Shown here: positions 21,922 through 30,413 of the stretch, piece by piece | Layout of the letters: each line of letters opens with the position of its first letter | Position numbering within the stretch: position 1 is the first letter of the stretch | Assembly: GCA_035575475.1 (NCBI GenBank) | Contig: DATLXT010000027.1 | Coordinates: 1-37,609, forward strand | Direction: 5' to 3' | Source of the DNA: Gemmatimonadales bacterium | Lineage (GTDB): Bacteria > Gemmatimonadota > Gemmatimonadetes > Gemmatimonadales > GWC2-71-9 | DNA: 37,609 bases | Translations under genes and position numbers: made by a program | Notes under the pieces: generated by a model | The model's database searches: none | What the model saw: the letters and a program-made list of their open reading frames with translations, nothing else | What the model was told of the DNA's origin: nothing

Positions 21922-23446
21922 GTTCTACCTCACGACGGCCATTGACTACTCGAACGGCGAGCCCCACCTGGGGCACGCACTCGAGAAGATCGGGGCCGAC
22001 TGCATCGCGCGCTACCGCCGTCTCGCGGGCGACGACGTCCATTTTCTCATGGGGATGGACGAGCACGGCCAGAAGGTGGCGCTCGCCGCCGAGCAGGCCG
22101 GGCTCCCGCCGCAAGCGTGGGTGGATCGGATCGCCGAGACCTTCGAGCGCACCTGGCGTCGCCTGGGGTGCTCCCACACCGATTGGATCCGGACCACGGA
22201 GCCCCGACACGTCCGCTCGGTCACCAGTTTCATCGAACGCATCCGGCAGCACCACCCCGAGGATCTGTACGAAGGCGAGTACGAGGGGCTCTACTGCGTG
22301 GGATGCGAGGAGTTCAAGACCGCGGCGCAGATCGCGAACGGCCGCTGCGTCGAGCACCCCACGCTCGACCTGGTCCCGACGCGCGAGCGCAACTATTTCT
22401 TTCGCCTGAGCCGCTACACCGCGGAACTGCGCCGCCGCATCGGATCGGGTGAGTTCCGGATCGAGCCCGAGATCCGGCGCAACGAGATCCTGAGCCTGCT
22501 GGAGCAGGGGCTCGAGGACGTGTCGGTCTCCCGGGCGCGGTTCCCCTGGGGGATCCCGTTCCCCGGGGCGCCGGACCATACGGTGTACGTCTGGTTCGAC
22601 GCCCTGATCAACTATCTCACCGCCACCGGCTTCCCCGCGCCGGGCTACGAGCGGCTGTGGCCCGCCGACCTGCACGTGATCGGCAAGGGGATCACGCGGC
22701 TGCACTGTTGTCTCTGGCCCGCCATGCTGCGGTCGGCCGAACTCCCGTGGCCCCGCATGGTGTACGCGCACGGCTACGTGCAGTGGGGGGGCGCCAAGGT
22801 GTCGAAGTCGGCGGGGGGCGCCCTGAGCGTGGATGAGGCCATCGAACGGCACGGCCCCGACGCCCTCCGGTATTTCCTGCTCCGCGAGGTGGGGTTCGAG
22901 CACGACGGCGACTTCACCTGGGAGCGGTTCGACGCCCGCTACACCGCCGACCTCGCGGACACGGTGGGCAATCTGGTCTCGCGCACGCTCGCCATGGTGC
23001 GGCGCTACCGCCGCGGGGCGGTGCCCCCCTCGGCGGAGACGCCGCTCGACCGGGCCGCCGGCGCCCGCATCGCCGAGTACCGCGCCGCGATGGACGCCTA
23101 CCGCCTGCACGAGGGCGCGGCCGCCGCGGTGGCGCTGGCCGCGCAGGCCAACCGCTACGTCCAGGAGAGCGCGCCCTGGACTCTGGCCAAAGAGGGCCGC
23201 GAGGCGGAGCTCGATCCGGTGCTGGGAAGCCTGGTCCGGACGGTGGCCCGGCTGGCCGTGCTCCTCGCGCCCTTCATGCCGGCCAAGGCGGAGGAGGTGT
23301 GGCAGGTGCTCGGAACCGGCCGGCCCCTCGCGGCCGTGCGGCTGGGGGACCTCGAAACTCCTCTACCCGAGGGCGCGCAAGTGGGCGAGCCGCCGATCCT
23401 TTTCCCCAAGCTCCAGCCCGCGCGCCGGCGGCCCGCGACCGCGTGA
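21914..23446 (+). CDS. metG: Methionine--tRNA ligase
   Basis: AIDYSNGEPHLGHALE (HIGH-type), KVSKS (KMSKS-type), and zinc knuckle CVGCEEF...GRCVEH. The GTG start overlaps the PSP1 3' end by 8 nt. Confidence 0.95.
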   Translation: MPKFYLTTAIDYSNGEPHLGHALEKIGADCIARYRRLAGDDVHFLMGMDEHGQKVALAAEQAGLPPQAWVDRIAETFERTWRRLGCSHTDWIRTTEPRHVRSVTSFIERIRQHHPEDLYEGEYEGLYCVGCEEFKTAAQIANGRCVEHPTLDLVPTRERNYFFRLSRYTAELRRRIGSGEFRIEPEIRRNEILSLLEQGLEDVSVSRARFPWGIPFPGAPDHTVYVWFDALINYLTATGFPAPGYERLWPADLHVIGKGITRLHCCLWPAMLRSAELPWPRMVYAHGYVQWGGAKVSKSAGGALSVDEAIERHGPDALRYFLLREVGFEHDGDFTWERFDARYTADLADTVGNLVSRTLAMVRRYRRGAVPPSAETPLDRAAGARIAEYRAAMDAYRLHEGAAAAVALAAQANRYVQESAPWTLAKEGREAELDPVLGSLVRTVARLAVLLAPFMPAKAEEVWQVLGTGRPLAAVRLGDLETPLPEGAQVGEPPILFPKLQPARRRPATA

Positions 23447-23467
23447 TTTGGGTCACCGCCCGCCTCG

Positions 23468-23496
23468 TTGACGCCTTCGGAGCCGGGGCGTATTAT
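23468..23496 (+). promoter_or_regulatory. Putative sigma70-type promoter for the M23 peptidase gene (TTGACG-17 nt-TATTAT)
   Basis: -35 TTGACG (23468-23473), a 17-nt spacer, then -10 TATTAT (23491-23496), 30 nt upstream of the ATG at 23527. Confidence 0.5.
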
Positions 23497-23526
23497 TGGG
23501 CTCCCAACTTCGCGCGAAACCGCTAG

Positions 23527-24465
23527 ATGCAGCGTAAGAACGACCGCCGCTGGACGGTCATGCTGGTGCCCCACGGCTCGGGGAGCTCGCGCGCCGTGGA
23601 GGTCTCGCAGACCGTCGTCAAGGCCCTGCTGGGCATGGGGAGCGTGGTGGCGCTCCTCCTGCTGGTGCTGGGCGGCGCGGCGATCGCGCGCGGAGTCAAC
23701 ATCACCAAGAGCCGGGCGCTGGAGCGCGAGAACCGGCTGCTGGCGAGCGAGATTCAGCGCATGCGCGAGCAGCTGGTGTCGCTGCGCGACACCCTCAACG
23801 AGTTCGGCGAGCGGGAGCAGGAGCTGCGGCTCCTGGCCGGGCTCACGCCCACCGATCCGGCGGTTCAGCAGGGCGGGATCGGCGGGCCTGCCGGGGCCTG
23901 GTCGGAGCGCGACAGTCTGAGCGCGGCGGGTCCGCTGGGGGCGGAGGTGTTGGCCGCGCGCCTCGACATGGAAGCGCTCACCCGCCGCGCCAGCATTCTG
24001 GTCCGTTCGATCGGGGAGGCCTACGATTCGCTGTCGCGCCACCAGGCGCGGCTCGCGGCGACGCCTTCGATCATGCCCACCAAGGGGTGGCTGACCAGCG
24101 CGTTCGCGCGGGAGCGGGTGCATCCCATTCTCCATCTGGCGCGGCCCCACGAGGGGATCGACGTCACCGCCCCGATGGGGGCGGAGATCGAGGCTCCGGC
24201 GGCCGGGGTGGTGACCGAGGTGCGCTGGGTGGAGGGGTATGGGAACATGCTCACCATCGACCACGGGTACGGCATCGTCACGCGCTACGCCCACTGCTCG
24301 AAGATTCTGGTGGGGCGAGGCACCCGGGTGAAGCGGGGGCAGGTGGTGGCGCTGGTGGGCTCGACCGGCCTTTCGACCGGGCCGCATCTGCATTATGAGG
24401 TGTGGGTGAACGGGAAGCCGGTGAATCCGCTGCGGTACGTGCTGCCGGACGCGATCGTGGACTGA
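23527..24465 (+). CDS. M23-family metallopeptidase (peptidoglycan DD-endopeptidase-like) with N-terminal TM and coiled-coil
   Basis: HEGIDVTAPMGAEIEAPAAGVV and STGLSTGPHLHYEVWVNGKPVNP (HxxxD / HxH). N-terminal membrane segment GMGSVVALLLLVLGGAAIA. Confidence 0.9.
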   Translation: MQRKNDRRWTVMLVPHGSGSSRAVEVSQTVVKALLGMGSVVALLLLVLGGAAIARGVNITKSRALERENRLLASEIQRMREQLVSLRDTLNEFGEREQELRLLAGLTPTDPAVQQGGIGGPAGAWSERDSLSAAGPLGAEVLAARLDMEALTRRASILVRSIGEAYDSLSRHQARLAATPSIMPTKGWLTSAFARERVHPILHLARPHEGIDVTAPMGAEIEAPAAGVVTEVRWVEGYGNMLTIDHGYGIVTRYAHCSKILVGRGTRVKRGQVVALVGSTGLSTGPHLHYEVWVNGKPVNPLRYVLPDAIVD

Positions 24466-24484
24466 GCCGCCCTGCCCGACGGCG

Positions 24485-24528
24485 AGAACGCCACGCCGCC
24501 CGAAGCGCGGCGTGGCGTTCTTCTTCCC
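24485..24528 (+). terminator. Rho-independent terminator between convergent genes
   Basis: Perfect 15-bp stem AGAACGCCACGCCGC / GCGGCGTGGCGTTCT (24485-24499 / 24507-24521) with a 7-nt loop, followed by a TCTTCC pyrimidine/T-rich tail. It lies 20 nt after the M23 stop. Confidence 0.7.
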
Positions 24529-24556
24529 CGGTGGAGCTTCGGCCTGGACCGACCGC

Positions 24557-25954
24557 CTACGGGTTCACGTCAATGCACTGGGTGAAGTTCGGATTGTTGG
24601 TTTCTTCGAACGGCACCGGCATGTTGACCGCCGACCCGAAGCTCCCTCCCTTGAAGTACGGCCCCACGGGGAAGACGTTATCCGGCGCGAACCCCAGCGA
24701 CCCGTACTGGCGAATCATCCGGCGCATGTCCCCCAACCGGTGCCCGGTGCTGAACATCCAGAACGCCCGCTCGCGGAAGTGGGTGTAGATGCGCGAGCGG
24801 TCGTCGGCGAAGGTATCGGCGATGGCGGCGAGCCTCGGGCCCCGCACGAAGGGCGGCTGGTTCGCCACCGCCTGCCCGCCCTCGATCGGCGGATACAGGG
24901 TGGTATCGGTCCGGAGGGCGTTCAGGGTATCGAGCCACGCCGTGCGGTCGCCGGCGTTGAAGAGCGCCTCGGCGATGATCAGCCGGGCCTCGAGGCCCGT
25001 GGCGATGGGCACGTCGCTCTCCTGTCCGTAGATCCCCTGACGCGTCACCAACAACGGCAGCGCGCTGTCGAAGATCCGATCGGGGCCGGTGACGTTGGGG
25101 AGGCGCGGATCGTTGGCGCTGATGAAGTCCAGACCGTTCCCGCCTTCGCGGTCCACCATGGTGTAGCGCTTGGGGTCGTTGTTGAGACCCCAAATCTCGT
25201 TGTCCACGGTCGTGATGGAGTGCTCGAGGGACCACTTGAAAGTCTTGGGGATACCGGCCACGGCGGCGGCCGCCGCCGCGTACTGCCCCAGGTCAACCAG
25301 GGCGCGTCCCTTGACGATGGAGGCGAAGGAGCGCACCGACGCCCCTTCCGCGCCCGCGGCCTGGGCGATGGCCGAATCCGCATGCGCCACGGCCCGCCGG
25401 AAGATCGAATCGTTGGTGATGGGGGCGCCGGTGACGATCTGGCCGCCCTCGTCCAGTCCGCTGAGCGGGTGCCCGTTGCAGTAGTGCTCACCGACCGCCG
25501 TCTCGACGTACGCCATGACGGCGAACATGAGCCCGATCAGGCGCGTGGAGTCGGGGGTGAAGGTCCGGAGCGCCCGAATGGCCGCCTCGGCCTGGACCCG
25601 CGGCCGGTTCACCGCCAGATACAGGTCGTCATTGAACGTGTTGTCCGGCTGGAAAATGCGCTGGTCCTGGTTGTTCCGCTGGACGAAGGTATCGCCTGAC
25701 CGCCACTCGTCGGCCAGGAGGCCGCCGAACATGAACAGGTTGTCGGCCCCTTCGATGCCGCTCATGGCCTGCGTGAGCCGGAAGATCGCGCCGTTCGCGA
25801 TGGCCAGCGCCGCGCCGGCCGAATTCGCCTCGAGGATGATGTCCGGATCGGTGACCTCCAGCACCCGGTCGCACGCTTGCAGGGGAACCCCTCCGAGGAG
25901 CACCGCGAGCCCGGTCCCCCGCAGCCACCGCCGAACGCCGTCACGTCGTTCCAT
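24557..25954 (-). CDS. SusD/RagB-family outer-membrane lipoprotein (module A)
   Basis: Lipoprotein signal LLGGVPLQAC. It lies directly (18 nt) downstream of a SusC gene. C-terminal FRERAFWMFSTGHRLGDMRR is typical of the SusD/RagB family. Confidence 0.85.
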   Translation of the reverse strand: MERRDGVRRWLRGTGLAVLLGGVPLQACDRVLEVTDPDIILEANSAGAALAIANGAIFRLTQAMSGIEGADNLFMFGGLLADEWRSGDTFVQRNNQDQRIFQPDNTFNDDLYLAVNRPRVQAEAAIRALRTFTPDSTRLIGLMFAVMAYVETAVGEHYCNGHPLSGLDEGGQIVTGAPITNDSIFRRAVAHADSAIAQAAGAEGASVRSFASIVKGRALVDLGQYAAAAAAVAGIPKTFKWSLEHSITTVDNEIWGLNNDPKRYTMVDREGGNGLDFISANDPRLPNVTGPDRIFDSALPLLVTRQGIYGQESDVPIATGLEARLIIAEALFNAGDRTAWLDTLNALRTDTTLYPPIEGGQAVANQPPFVRGPRLAAIADTFADDRSRIYTHFRERAFWMFSTGHRLGDMRRMIRQYGSLGFAPDNVFPVGPYFKGGSFGSAVNMPVPFEETNNPNFTQCIDVNP

Positions 25955-25972
25955 AGATCGAGTCCCCCGTGC

Positions 25973-28900
25973 TCAGAAGCTGGCGTTCAGGCGCAGCGTC
26001 CAGTAGGTGGGCGGCGGCTGCGTCTGGAAGTCGGTTTGCAGGCCGCCGGCGACGTAGCCGGTCTCGGGATCCATCCCCGAGTAACCCGTGGTGTGCCACA
26101 GGTTGCGGCCCGCGAGCGTCAGGCTCACGCGCTGGGACCGCATGGCAGCGGCCCAGGCGTCCGGCAAGGTGTAGCTCACCGAGAACTCCCGGAACCGCAA
26201 CATGTCCACCGGCTCGATGAAGCCCGCTTGAGTCCGGGCCGGGTGCTCCCGGAGCGCCACCACCCGCGCCTGCTTCCAGAGCGGGGCCTTCGGGTCGATG
26301 AGGCCGTCGCAGTTGAGCCGGGACTCGCACCGGATGCGCTCGGTGCCGTTGAGCTGGTACCGCCCGCCCTTGTAGTCGAACAGCCCGGAGATCCGCAGGC
26401 GGCGGTTGAACAGCTCGATCCCGGTCGAGAGGGCCAGCTCGTCCTCGGGGACGTTCGGGCCGAAGAAGACCGCGGTATCGCCCACGACGACCTCGGACGC
26501 CTCCAGGATACCGTCCCCGTTCACGTCGTTGTACCCCAGGATGGGCCGCTGCCAGTAGCTATCCACCGGGTAGCCCTCGCGCTGCTGGATGGTGGTGCCC
26601 ACGATCGGCGGCACGCCGAGTTCGAGGATGGTGTTGCGGTTGTGCGACCCCGAAAGGTTCACGTCCCAGGCGAGCGCCGGGGTGTTCACCACGATGGCGT
26701 TCAGCACCACCTCCACGCCCCGGTTCCGAAGGGACCCCAGGTTCTCGAACCGGCTCCCGGAGAGACCGGCGGAGGGCGGGAGCGGGCGCGAGATCAGGGC
26801 GTCCTTGGTGACCTTGTTGTAGTAGGTGAACTCCAGGTTGACGCGGCTGTCCAGGAAGGCGGCGTCGAATCCCACCTCGAGTTCGGTGGCCCGCTCGGGC
26901 TTGAGCGTCGGATCCCCCACGAGGCTGAAAACCAAGGCCGGCCGATCGGCACCCTCGAACTTCGCCGTGGTGGGCGCGAAGAACGTCAACGCATCGGTGG
27001 ATCCGGGTTGCCGCCCCGACGCCCCCAGCGCCATCCGCGCCCGCAGGTTGGAGAGCCAGGAGGGCGCGGGGAAGAACGGTTCCTGAGAGACCACCCACGA
27101 GGCGCTGAACTTGGGGTAGTACACCGCGCTGAAGTCCTTCCCGAACGCGCTGTTGTCGTCCATCCGGACCGCGCCCGTCAGGTACAGGCGATCGTTCCAG
27201 CTCACCTGCTGCTCGAGGAAGGCCCCCAGCGTCTTCGAGGCGGTGTAGGTCTCGTCCGCGAACAGTTCCGCGGCCGGGGTGATGGTCGAAGCCCCGGGGG
27301 CGAAGTTCTCGCCGTAGGCACCGTTCCGGGCGAACACGTTCTTGATGTACTGCAAGCCGCCCGTGGTCCGAGCCTGGGCTCCGAAGAGCTGGGGGAGCCC
27401 GTAACTGGCCGAGAGGTTGGCGTCCAGCGTGTAGTCGTGGAACGTGGTGCGGTTCTCCTCCTTGAACCCCTCCTTGAAATCGGAGAACGCCACGCACTCG
27501 TCGCGACGGCAGAGGTCCTCGTCCACGCGGCTGGTGAAGTCGATCCCGGCCACCACCCGGCCGCTGAGCCACGCCGTGGGACGATAGGTGATCGTCCCGC
27601 TTCCGATGAACCGGTTGATGTCCTGCCGAACGGTTTCCGAGAAGAACTCGTCCGGGGTGAAGAGGCGGTAGCCGTAGTTGGGGAGCCCGGTGATCCCCGA
27701 CACGTTGTCCTTGTGTCCGGGGCCGCCCAGGGCGTTGGAGAGCAGGCCGGTCGTGTTGTTGTCCGTCTGCGGCAACCGCTGGTTGCTCGAGATGAAGCTG
27801 GTGAACGCGGCCGCGTCCAGTTTGGGGCTGAGCGAGGCGTGGAGATTAGCCCGCAGGCTCACCCGCTCCCGGGCGTTGGGGCGATACTGCTCGTAGGGCA
27901 CCTCGGTCACGCCGCGGGTCTGGAGCACCCGCCCGTACGCGAAGTCCGGCATCCGCAGCACCCCGATTTCTTCTTCGTACTCGCTCGAGAGGAAGTAGCG
28001 GAGCGCATCCGAGCCGCCCGAGACCTGCGCCCCCACCTGCCCTCGCCAGCCGGTCCCGAGGGGCGAGGCGTCCGGGTCCTCGAACAGGTTGAAGGTCGTC
28101 ACGCTGTCCTGCACGCATTGCGCCCTCGCCACCTGGGTCAGGAGGCACTGTACGGCGTTAGTGGGGAGCGAATTGGTCGAGGACGTGGTCCCGGTCCGCC
28201 ATCCGCGATAGGCGATGGGCCAGTCGTTGTAGTCCTTGATCACCCCCAGCTCGGAGTACACGTTCCACTGCGCCGCCCCGGCGCGCCCGCGCTTGGTGCG
28301 GATCACGATCACGCCGTTGGCCGCGTCGGTCCCGTACAGCGTGGCCGCCGACGGGCCCCGCACGATCTCGACCGACTCGATCTCCTCGGGGTTGATGTCG
28401 TTGACCCGGCTGGGGTTGGTTCCGCCGATGCCGATGCTCGAGGAACCGGTGGCAGCCTCCATCCGAATCCCATCGATGTAATAGATGGGCTCGTTGGAGA
28501 GCGACAGGCTGCTGGTGCCCCGGATGCGCACTCGGGCTTCGGCACCGGTGATGTTGCCGGGAAGCACCTGAACCCCGGCGGCCTTCGTGACCAGCAGGTC
28601 CGCCATGTTGGCGATCGGCGCGGTCATCACCAGACTGTCCGCCTGGATGGTGGCGACAGAGGTGCCCAACTCCTTCTTGGCCTGATCTCCGGTGGCGGTC
28701 ACCACCACCTGATCGAGCGAATACGGCTGCCAGGAGAGCGTGACGTCCTCCGTGGTGACCGCGTCGGCCGCCACGGTGACCGTCCGGCTGGCGGCGCCGT
28801 AGCCGATGGCCGTCACCCGCACAGTCGCCTGCCCCGCAGGCACGTTGACCAGCGCGTAGCGGCCCTCGGCGTTGGTCAGGGTGACCAGGGTGGTTCCCAC

Positions 28901-29059
28901 GATGACCACGCGAGCGCCGGCGATCGGTTGGCCGCTGGCCTGGTCGGTCACCCGCCCTTCCACGCGTCCCTGCTGCGCCGTCGCCGCCGCGGGCCACGCC
29001 AGCACCACAGCGAGCACGCCGATGCCCGCGATGCTCGAACGGAAACGCCGTGTGTTCAT
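25973..29059 (-). CDS. SusC/RagA-family TonB-dependent outer-membrane transporter (module A)
   Basis: Signal peptide ...WPAAATAQQ. CarboxypepD_reg-like domain GRVTDQASGQPIAGARVVIVGT...AEGRYALVNVPAG. TonB box-like LDQVVVTA. Plug SVEIVRGPSAATLYGTDAANGVIVIRTK. Large barrel ending ...LRLNASF. Confidence 0.92.
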   Translation of the reverse strand: MNTRRFRSSIAGIGVLAVVLAWPAAATAQQGRVEGRVTDQASGQPIAGARVVIVGTTLVTLTNAEGRYALVNVPAGQATVRVTAIGYGAASRTVTVAADAVTTEDVTLSWQPYSLDQVVVTATGDQAKKELGTSVATIQADSLVMTAPIANMADLLVTKAAGVQVLPGNITGAEARVRIRGTSSLSLSNEPIYYIDGIRMEAATGSSSIGIGGTNPSRVNDINPEEIESVEIVRGPSAATLYGTDAANGVIVIRTKRGRAGAAQWNVYSELGVIKDYNDWPIAYRGWRTGTTSSTNSLPTNAVQCLLTQVARAQCVQDSVTTFNLFEDPDASPLGTGWRGQVGAQVSGGSDALRYFLSSEYEEEIGVLRMPDFAYGRVLQTRGVTEVPYEQYRPNARERVSLRANLHASLSPKLDAAAFTSFISSNQRLPQTDNNTTGLLSNALGGPGHKDNVSGITGLPNYGYRLFTPDEFFSETVRQDINRFIGSGTITYRPTAWLSGRVVAGIDFTSRVDEDLCRRDECVAFSDFKEGFKEENRTTFHDYTLDANLSASYGLPQLFGAQARTTGGLQYIKNVFARNGAYGENFAPGASTITPAAELFADETYTASKTLGAFLEQQVSWNDRLYLTGAVRMDDNSAFGKDFSAVYYPKFSASWVVSQEPFFPAPSWLSNLRARMALGASGRQPGSTDALTFFAPTTAKFEGADRPALVFSLVGDPTLKPERATELEVGFDAAFLDSRVNLEFTYYNKVTKDALISRPLPPSAGLSGSRFENLGSLRNRGVEVVLNAIVVNTPALAWDVNLSGSHNRNTILELGVPPIVGTTIQQREGYPVDSYWQRPILGYNDVNGDGILEASEVVVGDTAVFFGPNVPEDELALSTGIELFNRRLRISGLFDYKGGRYQLNGTERIRCESRLNCDGLIDPKAPLWKQARVVALREHPARTQAGFIEPVDMLRFREFSVSYTLPDAWAAAMRSQRVSLTLAGRNLWHTTGYSGMDPETGYVAGGLQTDFQTQPPPTYWTLRLNASF

Positions 29060-29104
29060 GGTTCAGCCTCGCACGCGAAGGTTCCCCGTGCCCCTGCGAC
29101 TCGG

Positions 29105-29614
29105 TTACCGGAGTTGGATCTGACCCCGGAGCTCACCTCCGGGGTTCCGTCTAGTGTGCACGTTCACGTACACGTTGCCGGCGCGCATCAGCGATAGCAG
29201 CGAATCGAACCGCGCGCGGGCGTCGGCGCCGAAGCCGGCCGGCAGCTGGGTCAGCTGAGCGGGTCGCAACTGGCCCACGCCCAGCGGCCCCGTGTAGCCC
29301 GCGGTGTTGCGGGTGGGGCCGCCGTACAACGTGACGATCACGGGACCGGGCGCGCCCGCGGCGCCCTGGTGGATGTGGGCCACCGTGGGCGTATCGATCC
29401 CGACGACATCGAGGCGATAGATGAGCAGCGAGTCGAACACGACGCTGAAGACAGCCGTGCCGCTGGCGGTGGTCGTGACCGCGGGAACCTCGTTCGCCCC
29501 TGAGAGCGTCGCCTGGAAGCCCTCGCCCCCGAGCACCGGGAAGGACACTTCATCACAGGCGGCAAGCCCCATCAGGCCCAAGACGAGGAGCCCCCGCGCG
29601 CGCGCAAGAGACAT
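29105..29614 (-). CDS. CHRD-domain lipoprotein
   Basis: Lipobox LMGLAAC. FQATLSGANEVPAVTTTASGTAVFSV ... VAHIHQGAAGAPGPVIV ... VYVNVHTRRNPGGELRGQI matches the CHRD consensus. I prefer the ATG at 29614 (GGAGG 6 nt upstream) over the GTG at 29638. Confidence 0.8.
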   Translation of the reverse strand: MSLARARGLLVLGLMGLAACDEVSFPVLGGEGFQATLSGANEVPAVTTTASGTAVFSVVFDSLLIYRLDVVGIDTPTVAHIHQGAAGAPGPVIVTLYGGPTRNTAGYTGPLGVGQLRPAQLTQLPAGFGADARARFDSLLSLMRAGNVYVNVHTRRNPGGELRGQIQLR

Positions 29615-29910
29615 CTTCCCCCTCCGTGAAAGGATCACGAGGTCACCCGCGACGCGGCGCGAGAGTCATGGCAGACCGGCTGAAACCCGAGCGGGCACCG
29701 AACGCCGAGCCCCACCCGCTCCTAGCTCACTCGTCGGCGCCTTACACGGACCCGGCCGGGCGTGAGCCAGTGAGCTCGAGCGAAGTGGCTGCCGACACGG
29801 TAGCGACCATGACCCCCTCCCGAAGCGCGAGTCTCCGCACCCGTTATCCTGCAGCCCAACCGGGAACCCCACAAGACCCCCCTGGCCCCCCCGAGCGGGC
29901 TCCGTGGGCC

Positions 29911-30321
29911 TCAGCGGGTCCGTACCAGGATCGCCCCTCCCGCATGGCCGGTGCCGAACCGGGTGGTCGCGTCGTTGCCGTCCAGGTATTCCATCTGGAG
30001 CACCATTTCGGCCCGGATGCTGGTGAGGGAACCTGGCCCTCCGTAGCGCACCCCGTCGAGGTAGACGACCACCTCCCCCGCGCTCGGGTCCTGGATGCTG
30101 ATCTGCCCCCGCCGTCGCAGCCACTCGGGGCGGAGCCGGGAGACGGCCTCGTACGCGGTGGTGGCCGAGACCGCCTGGATCTCCTCGGCCAGGAGCAGGG
30201 CGCGGGAGGGGGCGGCGCCGGTCGGGCGAGTGGCGGCGGAACACCCCCAAGCAACGGCCGCCAGGACCACCGGAGCCCAGAGACCGGCGCCACGGCTCCC
30301 GATGTGCGTTGGCAATGTCAT
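29911..30321 (-). CDS. Small secreted protein (possibly a lipoprotein) with a stand-alone TonB-receptor Plug-like domain (paralog P1)
   Basis: 136 aa from the ATG at 30321 (GGAGG 4 nt upstream). Signal peptide with Cys (VVLAAVAWGCS). LLLAEEIQAVSATTAYEAVSRLRPEWL ... VVVYLDGVRYGG ... MEYLDGNDATTRFGTGHAGGAILVRTR resembles the Plug of the neighbouring SusC proteins. GC3-rich codons. Confidence 0.7.
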   Translation of the reverse strand: MTLPTHIGSRGAGLWAPVVLAAVAWGCSAATRPTGAAPSRALLLAEEIQAVSATTAYEAVSRLRPEWLRRRGQISIQDPSAGEVVVYLDGVRYGGPGSLTSIRAEMVLQMEYLDGNDATTRFGTGHAGGAILVRTR

Positions 30322-30354
30322 GGCTCCTCCGGTACGAGTCCCGAGGGTCGAAAC

Positions 30355-30383
30355 TTGACGCCCCAGGCGCCGGGCGCAAGAAT
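30355..30383 (+). promoter_or_regulatory. Putative sigma70-type promoter for paralog P2 (TTGACG-17 nt-AAGAAT)
   Basis: -35 TTGACG (30355-30360), a 17-nt spacer, then -10 AAGAAT (30378-30383), about 30 nt upstream of the GTG at 30414. Confidence 0.4.
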
Positions 30384-30413
30384 AGAGGTGGCCACTGCGG
30401 CGAGGCCGGCACG

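Noticed and set aside
29664-29681. AGTCATGGCAGACCGGCT on the + strand resembles the cobalamin-riboswitch B12 box (rAGYCMGgAgaCCkGCc). This was tempting because TonB-dependent transporters are often B12-regulated.
   Set aside because: The match needs a 2-nt insertion. It is on the wrong strand relative to CHRD-SusC-SusD. No + strand gene follows it, and I saw none of the other conserved cobalamin-riboswitch elements around it.
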